In this document: positions 24,901 to 38,500 of the stretch, one piece after another
Layout of the letters: every line of letters starts with the position of its first letter
Numbering within the stretch: the stretch's first letter is position 1
NCBI GenBank assembly: GCA_964199315.1
Contig: OZ116700.1
Location: 2,728,001-2,792,000, forward strand
Length of the DNA: 64,000 nucleotides
Direction: 5' to 3'
DNA from: Orbicella franksi
Lineage: Eukaryota
Translations under genes and position numbers: made by a program
Notes under the pieces: model-generated
Seen by the model: the letters and a program-made list of their open reading frames with translations, nothing else
Told to the model about the DNA's origin: nothing
The model's database searches: none

Positions 24901-26540
24901 CGTATCAACAATACAGCTTTATAACAATCATGTGTTGCACTTTATTAATCGAGAAAGAAAGATCATTTACCAAATCAGATTTTCTCATTAGTCTTCATCT
25001 TTGTGATTTTGTCCATTAGATTTAAAGTGTCATCTGTTCTGCCATCTTTGCATCTGAAATTATCAGATGAAAAATTCAAGATGTTGAAGAAGGTATGAGA
25101 TACTTTCGTCATTAAAACAATATTTTTGATTCGGCATTTGCTCTTAAAGCACAAACTCCTCATTGAGAAAGCTTATGCCCTTAACACTCACTATTATGAG
25201 AGACTTATATTCCTGCCAGTCTCAGTTTAAGAATCATTTACTGAACCACTAACATCAGACCGAACTGTTTAAAGTTCTTAGATCATTTACCGTTTGGAGT
25301 GCAACAGCCTTCCCTACTTGAAGAAAAGCGAGCCGACGTCCTTTCGAAGGTAAAACAACTTAGGTCTTTATTGGATCGTGGGATTTCTTGAGGCAGAACA
25401 AAACATTTATTTGAGGCGTAGTGTGGACGTATGAATTTACCATTTTGTAACTGTAAATTTACAGCTTTTACCAGTAATGTTTGAGAGGTAGAAAAGCCAG
25501 CTTAAATGTGTTATGCATCATTCTCCAAATTCAAATTCTCTGAACGTTGCCAGAGCGTTTGGTATTATTTTGGTCTAGACATAATGCTCTCAGGGTGTCT
25601 GGCTTGACTCAAGTGTTAAATTGTTAGGGAAAATCGGCAAAACGATGGGAATTTGTAAAATACGGTAAATCTGAACACATTTGCTACAAATCGCAATAGA
25701 ATTGGAGTACGTTCCATCATTTATTTCAGTTGTGATTATCTCTCATCAGAGTGAATGGAAACACAGCTCGTCTACTCTTTCTTTGGAGGAGGCAAGCGAT
25801 CTCCAAGCCTTATTCAATAATGCAATGATTGCACGATTACACAGCACAGAAGGTAGGTTAGAGTTTAAATAATAATCCAATAGACATTTTACTTAAGCCC
25901 GAAACACAATAGGTCAAAACACATATATTAATGTATCTTATTAATGTCTCTTTCTGATATTTACTTGGTGCTTGTTACGCCACTGTTTTATTCATTTAGT
26001 TTTACATTTGTTGTTGATATTTCGTCATTTCTTTGATTGTAGATGAAGATGTTTGGTATGACACGGAAGAGAATCTTCCGGAGGAAAGGTGCGTAGGCCA
26101 GTTAACCTTTGCTGTTTTTAATCGGAAGGAATTTGAGCGCAAGAAAAGGATAATGTTGCATTTAATTTATTGGAGATAATTTATTCAGTAAATAATTAAT
26201 TTAAAATAATTTAGCAAGGTTCTCTTACTTTTTTGTAGTATTATGTGTATCGTAACATTTCTGGGCTCTGCTTGTACTGTTGAACTAGTTTGCTTGTGTA
26301 TCATTCGTCTTCAGTCGGAAAGTGATATGATATTAGGGTTTGCCATTATTCAGCTGGAAAACTGTTTCTTATCCTTTGTTAGAGTCCCTCGTTTCTTAAA
26401 ACCTTCACTTGCTTTCGTCTTTGTAATGTACATGTATGTATTGCGTTTGGAATTTTTGCAGTGCTGGAGACCACGCTGTCGGTAGGGAAGCCCGCGATAT
26501 AGACAAGATCAAATTAGCAGGGAATTTTACCATTAAGAAG
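9969..26540 (+). CDS. VPS13: VPS13 exons 1-34: chorein-N, N-terminal groove and FFAT-position exon
   Basis: 9969-10065, 11952-11995, 12893-12935, 13409-13504, 13870-13980, 14701-14777(GC donor), 14927-14965, 15291-15350, 15816-15875, 16221-16304, 16457-16514, 16773-16846, 17461-17514, 17987-18093, 18531-18605, 18748-18838, 18916-18978, 19318-19441, 20170-20282, 20795-20862, 20965-21036, 21890-21987, 22080-22189, 22682-22740, 23435-23519, 23768-23835(GC donor), 24243-24321, 24565-24652, 24738-24855, 25020-25092, 25275-25349, 25750-25852, 26043-26088, 26462-26540. Confidence 0.92.
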
Positions 26541-29500
26541 GTACATTTATGATGGACCCTGTCAATTCGAACACACACGGGCCATGAAAATCTGGTCGTG
26601 ACACTCAGTCGCTTCGATTTGGAGGCTTTCATAAACGTACATCTTGAGGATGATGGATAAAAGGTTGATCCTCGGGGCTTTGGTCTGCGGAGGTTAAACT
26701 TCAGTTATGTTCTTATGCTCGAAGAGTGTTAGGTACATACAGGATTCAAGGAGCTCAGTCACGGTATTTTCAGATATTTTTACCACGTACAAGATTCCCC
26801 TTGGAATTGAAGAAAACCTGGAAATAGACATTTACTAAGATAGAGAGACATCAAAGAGATAATAATAAACCATAAACGAACAAGGATGCTTAAGGATGGA
26901 GAAGATTAGCGCGGATTACAAACGACGAACTTGAAAATTTAGGCTAAACATTTCAAGACGCCCAAACCGTGACTCAACTCCTTCAGGGGACGAAATGTTT
27001 AGGGGTTCTTAGTAAAGCTTTGTCGTTTTTTAGCTTCTTATCACAGTGGACAAGGCAGATGAACAGTCTACCAGTGGTGATCCATATCTGAGTCTGGAGA
27101 TACGAGATGTTGGAACAGATTTGGCCGTTCATTCATGGGACATTCGTGCTCAAGTTAAACTTGGATTTATTCAGATACTTGATAACCACTGGAAAGGTAT
27201 TTCACTGATTGTATAATACATTTGTTGTACTGTCATATTGCTGGACAAGTCTTAAAGGGAAATTGGCGATAAGATATAACCTACAGGTAAGTTCCGCATT
27301 AGTCTGACAACTGACACCGACAGCGTAGCAATTGCTGCGGACAACATGGAAATAATTTCACGCGCGTTTTGACAAAATTAGAGTTAGTAGAGTTTTTACA
27401 AATCGCAAGTGAAGTTATTTCTTAACTTTACGAGTATTTCGTGTGATTACCTTTTGATGTCATGAGTGACAAATTACATTCACAATCGTGGGTTTTAACT
27501 TATTTACTGCATCGAGAAATCTCACGCCAAACGTTGCCATGGCAATTTTGGAATTTCACATGTGAATTTAAAACGCTGAAATTTCGCGCCAGAATTAAGG
27601 AGTACCTTGTCACCCATGATATTATAAACAAGGGAATTAAATGCTGCAGATGCTTATTTCTGACCGTTATCTGGAGAGATCGTCACCAAACTTTTAAAAC
27701 CATCATTTTAATGAAAGGTGTAAATGGTCTTTGATTTTCAGAAAACAATTTCGCTGGGTTACTTAACGCATGTATGGTCCAGTTCATCCCAATACAACAT
27801 GTTCTTTTAGGCATGCTTTGAAAGTGGGAAGACTTTTTCGTACTCTACCAGTTGTTTTTACTGTTTATTTCATTTTTTTTAAGATATATTTTTTACTTTT
27901 AAGATTTAATACAATTGTTTTGGCGAAGTTGTTACTTTTGGACTTCTTTCATCCTCTTTTTGTCTTGATATACAGACATTGATGGCTCCAATCTTTGCCT
28001 GCTTACCTCATTCGCGACAGATGATTGGATTACAATCAATTACGTCAAGGTACATTCTCAAGAAAAATTAACGGATTGCTTGACACACCCTGTGATAAGT
28101 ATTGTGACAAGCATTTCCATATTTTCAGTAGCGTCACCTTTGATTACTTGTTTAGGTCGTATTCAGGCAGTGTGACCGATATGCAGGTTGCCGGATTTGA
28201 AGTCCGGAGGTACCGTTCAAGTCCCATTTTGACCACCAGCTGGTGTGTTTCTCTGTAGTCCCAAGTTCAACTCCTGGACCACGTACAATTTGCCTCCTGC
28301 CGGTCGAGGATTTTAGCCATGTTATCCTCCTTTAGGACGTTTTTTCTCCAGTAGCCCTGAAGAGCCCCATTGGGGGAGTGGTTAATTAAGATATTGTACA
28401 TTTGTTTTTAAACATACTTCTTTCGTACTGAGATTCCTACTTCCTTATCAATTATTGTCTTTGCTTATTTGTGTGTTTAGGCCGATTCCTCAGGCCCAGA
28501 GTTTAAGGAGACGTTCTACTCTATTGAGCAACTTATAGAAATGAGGTTTAGCTCGCTGAAACTGACAGCCAAACAGGAGGCCCTAGCAAGTTTTCAAATA
28601 TTTGTTCTTAGCTTGTTTCAAAGGTAACAACTCAGACGTTTTATATCTCTATATACCTTTGGGAGGCGCGGTGGCCTCATGGTTAGTGCGTTCGTCCCCG
28701 GAGCGAGCGGTTCGGGTTTGAGCCCTAGCCGGGGACACGGTGTTGTGTTCTTGGGCAAGACAGTTAACTCTCTCAGTGCTTCTCTCCACCCAGGAGTATG
28801 AATAGGTACCGGCGATTTGTTGGGGAAACCTAACAAGTTGTGGGGGAGTGACCTGCGATGGACTAGCATCCCGTCCAGGGGGAGTAGAATTACTCCTAGC
28901 CACTTCATGCTACAGAAACCGGGATAAGTTCCGGCAGCTATGAGCCATCGGCTCCAGGGCTTCACTTATACCAAATACTGTTGATTACGTTTAAGCACAT
29001 AAATGGAAAAAAAAACAACTTGTTGTATCGCCTAGAAAGACATAAACCCCTTTGAAACAATGAATTGAAACTGTAACTTTGGTCTCTTACATATTGTCAG
29101 ATTTTGTGCAAAGTTATCTTATTTACTTCTATCTTTTTAAATCTTTTTAGGGCAACCTTGTAGGGTCCATGTTGCTTTCCTTTTCAAGATGTGCTTTACT
29201 TATATATTTTTGTTACTTACGTCTTGAATTGATGCTATTTTTACCTCAAAATACAGCAATAAATATTGATCGATTTGTGAACATGCCGCCAGTGATGAAT
29301 TTCATGTCTTTCGTGTAGGCCACTTTGCATCATTTCCTATTATCCTCTATAAGACAAGCTAAACAACACAGTAGTTGAAATGTTCTCAACTTTAAGGCTA
29401 TATATTCCTGAATTAAGCCATTAAACCAGTTAGAGACGTGATGTAATTTCGAGCACACTGTAGAAGTTGAAGAATTGGACTTTTTGATTATTATTTTTTT

Positions 29501-32500
29501 GTAGCACTGGCCTTGAACCTGAGTGGGAAAATGTCCCTCGGCGATTGCTAGAGACTATTACGGAAGAGGATCAACTTGACAGCTCCGTTGCCACGAAAGG
29601 TACCGCAAAATTCTTATGAGTATTGACTTCAATATGTTGTGAAAATTCAGTTTTCAAAGAGCATGTCACGTCAGCTGTGATGTCCTTGATTCTCGAGCGT
29701 TACTGAGAGAGTAAATACCTGTGAAGGGATTTTTGGCAAATACTTCCCTTGTAACCGACGAATCTTGTCAGAATTTCACTTTTGGAACTTGTCCCATGTA
29801 GGATTACATTTTATGTTGGTAGAAGTTTCACGCTTTCTCATTTAAATACGCTGTCTGGATCGAGAGAACCGTTTCTTCCTAAGTGTTTCTGGGAATTTTC
29901 AAGTGCATACCTAGCCTCTTACAGGCGTTCAGTAAGTTAGGGCGCAGCGCGTCAAAACGGCGGAGCGAAATAAAGGAGAGTGAGACTTGGGTGAGGAGCG
30001 ACCAACCGCCCGTTCTCTCGCCTTCCCGCGTCACGCTTCTCCCCAATTTTTCCCTGCGCCATTTTTCGCGCTGCGCCCCAACTAACTGAACGCCTGGAAG
30101 AGACTAGCGTATACCCAAGCCATTGAACCCACGGCTCAATGTAACTAAGAGCCACTAGAAAACGTTTGGATAAAAATCCTGGTGAAGATACAAATGAAAC
30201 AAAGAATATAAGCAATAAATGGTTTTTAAAACCGGTCGATTTGCTCCCAACGTTTTTCATGTCGCCATTTTCTTAACTTTCATAAGTAAGGGGCTTCACG
30301 ATTGTATAACTGTTCTAACTGTCTCTGTTGTTTTGATCGCCCATGATTAGTGACTACGAAGAATAAAACAGAAGATAAGAAATCACAAAGTGATTCAGAC
30401 GCGGTCAACTTCAAGGTTGTTGCAGCAGTAGAAAAAGTCACTGTCATTCTTAGTTCCATGGATCGCCATGTTGGGAAGGTGGATGTGAAGGGTAAGTCGG
30501 TGTCATTGGTTGATTTATGGTCACGTGGTAATTGCTCAATTCAAATGCTGCTTGGCGGGCAACAAGTAAGCAATTGTTGCCTGCTCTCCCTCTAACCATA
30601 GGGTACTTCTCCTTGACTAACGACTTTACATTTAACTGTAGCTATACAACACTGGTCCGTTAAAAAGAGTTAATATTCTGTTTTCTCTGGAATCAGATCT
30701 TGATGTTTCTCTCGGAACCAGCGATTAAGTGTTTAATGTAAAGCTTAGAAAGTCTTTACGTCAAGAAGTCCTCAGTTTATTTCTCCTTGATGCATTAATT
30801 GCGGGCTCGGTGCCAGATATTTTTCTTTCAGTCTTCTGTGATTATAATTTGGAGTGTCCTCAATTAGCTTTATTACGCTATACACGTTGTCACTAAAGTT
30901 ATTATTTCTTATCACATTTATGTACGCAATTTACGCCGTTGCGAAACTATTGCCTAAAATTGAATCTGTAAGTATAATTAGTCTTTTTTTTGCGCGTGTG
31001 TGTGTGCTTTGTGTGCTGTTGCATGTGACGTTTCCTTATTTTCTCTTCTAATCTGACCCAAATAAATAATTGCTTTAATCACTGAGGATGGCTGCCCAGT
31101 CTTATTAGCTCACTAAGGTTATTTCGGGCAGCCATGTACTAATCTGTATTTTAAACTTTTTTTTAGTACAATTAAATTTTAGCTATGAGTGAGTACAAAT
31201 AAAGTTGTTGTTATTGTTGAAATGCCTCTGTTTATTCACTGGTAGGGCTTGATGTCAAAATAGATGTGTTTACTGCCGAGACAAACATAACAGCCAAGTA
31301 AGTACGGATCAATATGAAGATTATTGACTCTGTGCATCATACAATGTAACGTTAAGACAAGTCATGTGATTCTACCTTTAAATCTCCTTATACTAAGATT
31401 GAAGCCAATCTTTTAAGTTATGTAACTTTTTTTCTGTCAGATTGGAAGACTTAGGTATCGAAGATCTCACAAAAGGAACGTTGTATCCTCAAGTAAGGAC
31501 AAATTCCTTGGCATTGTTTGCTTTTCATCTCATAGGCCTGATATAAAAGGACGTTGATTTTATGATCACTTCTGTTTGCATGAGTTTGCAACAAAGTCAA
31601 TATTCATTAGGTAATATTTCTAGTGTACTGCATTATCTTTTTTTGTGATGGTTCGACGTCTTGTTAGTCACAGTTTAACGTGATATTAAACACTTTTATA
31701 TGCTTTTTTTGTTTTAAAAGATCTTAGATTTGGCGGATAACACAGTTTTCGACTGCCAGGTGAGTTGGTTGTTAGGCTATACGATATTGTGTATCACAAC
31801 ATGGAGAAATAATTTAAATTATTTGTTACCTCGTACGACCAGTTGAAGTCACATTTATTAAATCAAATACAACACTAACAGTACTCAAACTCATGTTACA
31901 TTGCATTACTTACAACACTTTAACATTAAATTGCCACGTTACTTAAATTAATATATAGCAAAATAGTTGTGCCATTTAGACATTTCCTTTCAATTGGTTC
32001 AAAGTTTACATACGTCCCTTTAGAAAAAAAAAACCATATTTTGTTATCGTGAATTGGTGACTTGGGTAAAGTGAAATAAATGAAGAAGCGTTCTCAAGTC
32101 GAATTACTCTGAGTAATTTTGAGTAATTCGACTTGAGAACGCTTCGTCATATATGTTATATCTTTTTATCGCTATTCTTTGTTCAACACGGTCAGGATAA
32201 TTATTTAGCATAGGTGATAAAAAATTGGAGGCTAGGTGCTTGGGCACTAGATCCAAACCAATCGTATACAAAATCAGTGTGCACAATGTTAAAATAAAGT
32301 TAACTATAGAATTGTTATTTACTGAATCCTGTACCTAGTTTTTTTTCATGTACTTTGCTTTAAGATAACAATCTTTAACAAGTCCTCGCAAGGTGCTTTT
32401 GCAGACCAGGATCCGACAGCTCTGGATTTCTCAGTCAATGTAAAACTTGGAAAGCTCCGATTTGTGTTTCTTGGCTATTTTGTGGCCCATCTTCAGGTAT

Positions 32501-35500
32501 GTGTATTGTTAATGCAATTGACTTGTATTTCGTGACTTATATAACCCCAGGCTTGCAAGATTAGTTTTTTCGTACAAGTGAAAATATATGAAAGACCATA
32601 AAATTGAACTTCGGAGAAAGATGCAGATGCAAAGACAGTTAAAATGTATGATCTTTCATTAAATTATTCATTTGTATCTTCACCATATGTACGGGTATAG
32701 TAGGAACTCACAACGTAACCAGATCCCAGTTGGGTTGATAGCTCAGTTGGTAGAGCACTGCACCGGTATCCCAAAGGTCATGGGTTGGAATCCCGTACAG
32801 ACCTGAATTTTTTTCAGGCTTTACTTTCACAACTGCTTAAGTTGTGTAGAACTGCGATGATTATTGATGTCTTTGCTGTAGTTGTTTCCGTAAGCACTTC
32901 TTGTTCTCTATTCTGGATTTAGCCTTGTGCAACATTGTTCTTTCCAACCAAACCTGTTGTTATCACTCGTGCTTGCGCGCATTCTTGCAAATCCCCACCG
33001 TAATTATATTAATCTTGCTTGCAACAAAACGTGCTCACACTTTGTGTTTATGAACCTTTTTTAAAACTGCAATCGCTGTTTGTAGAATTTCCTCCAAGCA
33101 CTTGTCAGTCCAGAAACAGTTGCATACGCCCAAGAAGTAACTCAGAAAGCTGTTTTGAACCAGGTGAGTGAATGGGTTAGTTAGCAGTGTAGACCTAGAC
33201 CGGCGTTTCCATATTGGAACCAACCAGTGGCAATTCTTCGACCAGACTTATGTCAGGGGGCTCTTGTGTCCGTTATCGATTCATGACGAAAAATTTCTGA
33301 TGTCTCTATTGTTTTCTTTGCCTATCAAGTTGTCTAACTTTTGAAAAACTCTCATTCTGTTCTCTACCAGTTTACATGTTTTGCATGGTTTACCTTCCGA
33401 AGGGAATACAACCCTATTGACGTAACTCTTATGCTCTCTTCCTTTTTTATCACCATATTGTGCGACATGGTTGAACTTGCAAGGCCAAGACACTCGAGCT
33501 TCTCGCGAAGCTCTTTGTTTGTTTCCTATCTAGTAATATAACTTCCTTTGGCGTCGCCAAACCTTGATTGGATCTTACCCTGTCTGTATTGCTCTTTGCG
33601 TAGTAAAGCAATAAAGACCTTCTTCCTCCAAAGTGACATAAATCTTTAAAGAGCCAGTATTGACTACTTATGCCGACATTGTCTCCTCTTTTCAGGTTCA
33701 GCAAAAACAGGGCGCAAAGATTGGATTAAACATTTCCGTGAATGCACCACAAATTCTAATCCCCTGCAATTCAAGATCGAGCGAGAAGCTCATTGCAGAC
33801 CTGGGTCAGTTGCACATTGCTAATTCCATTGTCAGCTCGTCCCAGCATGGCCTTATTGACCGGATGGATGTAGCACTAAGCTCATTCCAAGTTTCAGGGT
33901 ATGCCGAACATTGTGTGTAGAATATAATGACATTTTATTGTAAATAGCCAACTGGTCTGTCCCCTGCCAGTTGAGATTTTTAACCATGTTATGCTCATGT
34001 CCGTCTTATGTTTCACTGTTTGTTTTTACTGGCCCTGAAAAGCCCCATTTCTCAATGCACGTATTTTTTCAAAGACTAATTAAGGAAAGCTAAGGAAATT
34101 GTAAGGAAACCTTTAGCTTGTCATTTTATGTAAATCATGAATGCATTTCACTGTATAAATCTAAACTGTATGAACGGTTTAAGGAAAGTACGTTCGACTT
34201 CACGACTATTTCTTTTATTTAGCAATTCTCAAGTAGAGAAATGCCTTAGTAACCATCTGATTGAACCAGTTGAGTTGAATGTGATAGTAAAGAGACGACT
34301 GAACTTAGAGAAGAGTGACCTTCCTTTGATTGAAGTCGAGGGAAATTTGGAGTTGTTTAAGGTATGGATATGTTTGATTTCTGTGTTTAATTTCGCTGAT
34401 ATATTAAACACTGTCTTATGCAGAGAGCGCGAGCAGTGCTTGTTGCAAGGAGCAATAAAGTTCAAACATCTTAGATCCTCATCAGTTGTGATGGACCAAA
34501 GGGCGCGTACAAAATCTACTACGTTCACGTTTTTTCACCGCAATGTGTATGAGGAGTAGTCTGTGCTCTTAAATTTCTACTGCTCGGAACACCTTCAGTT
34601 ACATTTTCATGTAAGCAAAACAGCATGCAGACTAACCGTTGAAATATTTTTTGGTTGCATTTGTTTTTCATAGATAAATTTAGGACTCAATGATTTCCAA
34701 ATGCTGATGATGATTTTAAATGGTAACTTGTTGGAGGGCCAGCAGGGCAAGTATATGTATCGTCTTTATACATGCTTTATACCCCTCTACCTTGAACTTA
34801 AAGTTAAGTAATTTGGCTCTTTAACATTTTTTCAAACAGAACGTCAAGCTGTTCCTAAAGTGGATACAGAGCAACCAGAGGGGCAGCAGACATCACCAGA
34901 CACAGGTGTGATGTCTTTACCCATTTCCTTTGCCTGGTTCAAAATGTTTCATATCTGCAATAGTTGCTATGAACAATGTAAAGAAACTTGATTGTGTGTA
35001 TCTTTAAGGTTCTTTGGACAAAACAGATGCCAAATCCATTGAGGAAGTACCAAATGTTAAATGTCATTTTACTATAACCAAGGTTGGTGTAGTTGTTTTT
35101 CTATAAGCTCAAAGTTAACTGCCCAATTCAGTTAAATAACAAATCCTTCTCGCTGGATATGTGATTTGTAGGCATGTCACAGACGACAACGTCGCGTTGG
35201 AACATTTTACCCTAAGCAATTTTCATTTGCCTTACTCTGACCCAATTGTGATTATAACTCCTTTTTTTTGTTTTGTTAATCGTGTTGCACTGTGGTATTT
35301 GACTGTACTAGATTACGTTTCGCACTCTGTACTGTCTTGTTGTAAATTCCTTACAAACATAATCCGATTATTACCTATAGGTTCTAGTTAGTTCGCCCAA
35401 AATTGTCGATGGAGTTTCCAGGCCTTATTTGGTTCTGGAGACAAACAACATGAGTGCCATTGTCACCATGGAAACGTGGATTCTTAGTGCATCTGCAAAA

Positions 35501-38500
35501 CTTGGAGGAATAGAGTTGCTTGATCATCTAAATAAAGGTAAAAAATTCCTTGGATTTCTGCTTTTTGTCAGAAATAATAATGGAAATGAGAAGATAAGAA
35601 ATCGTTATAAAATAGAATCAGTTATTAATTCTTATTTCTCTTTACTCATACCAAACAGAAGTCAACAGCGTTTAATTTAGTAGTGTCAATGTCACAAAAA
35701 GGAAGACTTGAAAGTAATGTCAGAGACTATCATTTACTCGCTAGGTGAAGATGTTAAAAAAATTGAGAGAAAACACAGTTTTATGAATGGTTCATTTGCA
35801 AAGTAACTGTTCAAAGGTAACCTGCTACATTTTCTGGCAAATTCAAGACGCTTGAGATGGTTATGTTTTGAAGTGCTATCAATCAAATATTTGAGATCGT
35901 AGTAGGGAACACATAACGTGAGCTTTAAAAGTTGATTTAGATCTTCGTGTAGCTAATTGATGGTTTTCTTGTTCAGGTGAAGATGGCTCACCGGTAAAAT
36001 TATTATCTTCTTCACGGGACGCAGATCTGATCTCAGTTTCATACAAAAAGGTGCGTTTAGTCAACTTGTGATAGTTTTTCCCGGATTGAGTCTGATTGGG
36101 CGTTGAGAGATTGCGACAAGTCTCTAATTAGTATTTATTATGTCAATCTCCTATGTGACAGTTTATTTCCTATCTTTGAACTTGAAAATGGTGTCATGAC
36201 GGTTCCGAAACGTCGCTTGGTCTTATCGCTAATTATTACCACAAAAATATCTACCATTCAGGTCAGGGAAGCAGACCTTACTTAATGAGCTTTCGTTCGT
36301 TGTGTCTAGCTGTTGGGTGTTATTGTTTACAAAGTAGTCGATTTTGTGGCTCTATGTTATAATTATTTCAATAAAATCATGCTCTGACCACATGGACAGT
36401 CATTTGAGCAGTTGAAAATTGGGCAAGGTCTTGGGATCAAATCCCATCGATATCAAATCATTTGTCCTTAACATTGTAGGGTTGACAATCAGTACAGAGG
36501 TTGACCCTGACATTTTTTTTTTTAACGTGGATATTATCCTTTTCTTTAGGTCGATCCCAGATGTCCAGAATTCGAGTCGACTTTTTGCACCGTTGAACAG
36601 CAAATAAAAGTAACGTTTTCCAAATTGAAGATCGATTGCCTGCAAAAAGCGTTGATGGATTTGCAAATACATGGTCTTGCTCTTATTTCCAGGTAATACG
36701 TTATGCCATTATGATCCAAAAAGTTGTTATCCCATATAAAGGTGCACGCCACTTTGCCAAGAACACGGTGGTAATTAAATTTAGGGCCTCTCCATATGAG
36801 CCCGGTTTATCTGGCTGGCCCAGTTACCAAGTTTTCGCTTCACTCGTATTTTCTTTGTTAAAATTTTGACGTGTTCATATGAGAAGGTGGGCCAGCCCAG
36901 TTACCAGAAACCGAGATCTCGGGATTCTCGGCAACCGGGTTGAAACTATTTTTCATTAAAACACTCAAGCCCGGGTGACCGGGACGAAACTTTTTTGACA
37001 AAATAGCGTCATTTTCGCAGCATAGCGACCAAAATAGCATAAGTTATGAAGAGGCCCTATGTGAAGAGGCCATTAAATGGTCCAGACGTTCTAGTCCTGA
37101 GTTTCACTTTGCAAGATACTTAAAAACCCGACGCTACAGGAAATAAAGTATTCTTGATCGCTTGCATGAGTGTATATAGCATTTTTCTTGAAATGAAAAT
37201 ATTAGGATGCTTCATCTATAATTATAATAGTATAAATTGAGACTACTTTTATCGAGGCAAATTTGGCTCTAGAAGTAGAAATGGTGATGCCCAATGTCAA
37301 TTCATTGAAAAATAATTTGTTTTATTTCAGTCTTGGAGAATCGTCTACAAGTACTCTAGCACCGGACGTACAGAACAAGCCCGAAACAGGTCAGAAAGGA
37401 CAAAGGACTGTTAGTCTGAAAGTGGAGGCAGCGCTGTCAGAAGTGGATGTTCTCTTGAGGCAACCCCGCAAGAATTTGGCTGACATCAAGGTTCGAGGTA
37501 TGTGAACTTAATTTCTGGAATACTCTACTTGCTCAAATGAACTGTTAAACTTAAACATACCTTCAGGCTTAGATCATCCTGTAAAGCTGTAATTATCACT
37601 TGGTTGACTAACTTTAATGAATTACTTCCGGAAGTTTTTATCTCTCCTTCTGGTGCATGGATCACGTTGATTTCTTTCATGTTTTTCAACCATTTCATGG
37701 TATCATTTTCCTTAAATGGCTTTACCAAGTAGCCTCCTTTAAACGTGTAAATTGTGACAGGTTAATTGCAAATATAAAGGCGTATAAGTGAAGGAACTAC
37801 ATGTACTTTGCAGATCAGAATTGATAACGGAAGTAGGGGCTACGTACTACCGTACATGTAATTTCAATCCAGGTAGACAAGCTACGTACATTGTCACACT
37901 TAAGGCTGGTTTCCATACGATCGCAGACGATCGCGGATCACAGATCGCAAAAAGTTCTGCGATCGTCTGCGATGATATGGAAACACGCATCTGCGATCGT
38001 CTGCGATCAATTGCGATCGTGCGATCATATGGAAACCAAAGTTCTGCGATCTGCGATCGAACCGTATCCCATAATATTTTGAATTCCGACCCATGATTCG
38101 ACGCTTCTTTGCAACAAAGCAACTGCTTATTTGTTGTAAACATGGCTGGCGTTGAACAAGGTAACGTTAGTAACGAGAAATTTACGGAGGAATTTGCGCG
38201 ATATCAGTGCGTTTACCACCGTAACAGTAAAGATTTCAAAGACAAAAACAAAAGGCTAACTGCTGGGAAAAAATCGGGGAGAAATTTAATTTATCGGCGG
38301 CTGAAGCGGAGGTCAAATCCCGCAACATAAGAACTGCGTATGGTCGTTATCTGAAGCGATTGAAAACGCTACCTCCTGGATCGGGGCGAGATGCAGTGCC
38401 GAGGAAATTTGCAGCAAAGTTTCCTCCTCGACATCCGCCATATTGTTTGTTGCGATTTTCCCGCCAGCACAACGCGGGTGTAATTTTGACAGTTCCACTG

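Noticed and set aside
28618-28965. 115-aa and 84-aa minus-strand ORFs
   Set aside because: Antisense reading of a tRNA-derived SINE.
32733-32805. Functional tRNA gene
   Set aside because: B box mutated (GGTTGGAATCC), acceptor and anticodon stems do not pair well, and it is embedded in a dispersed repeat.
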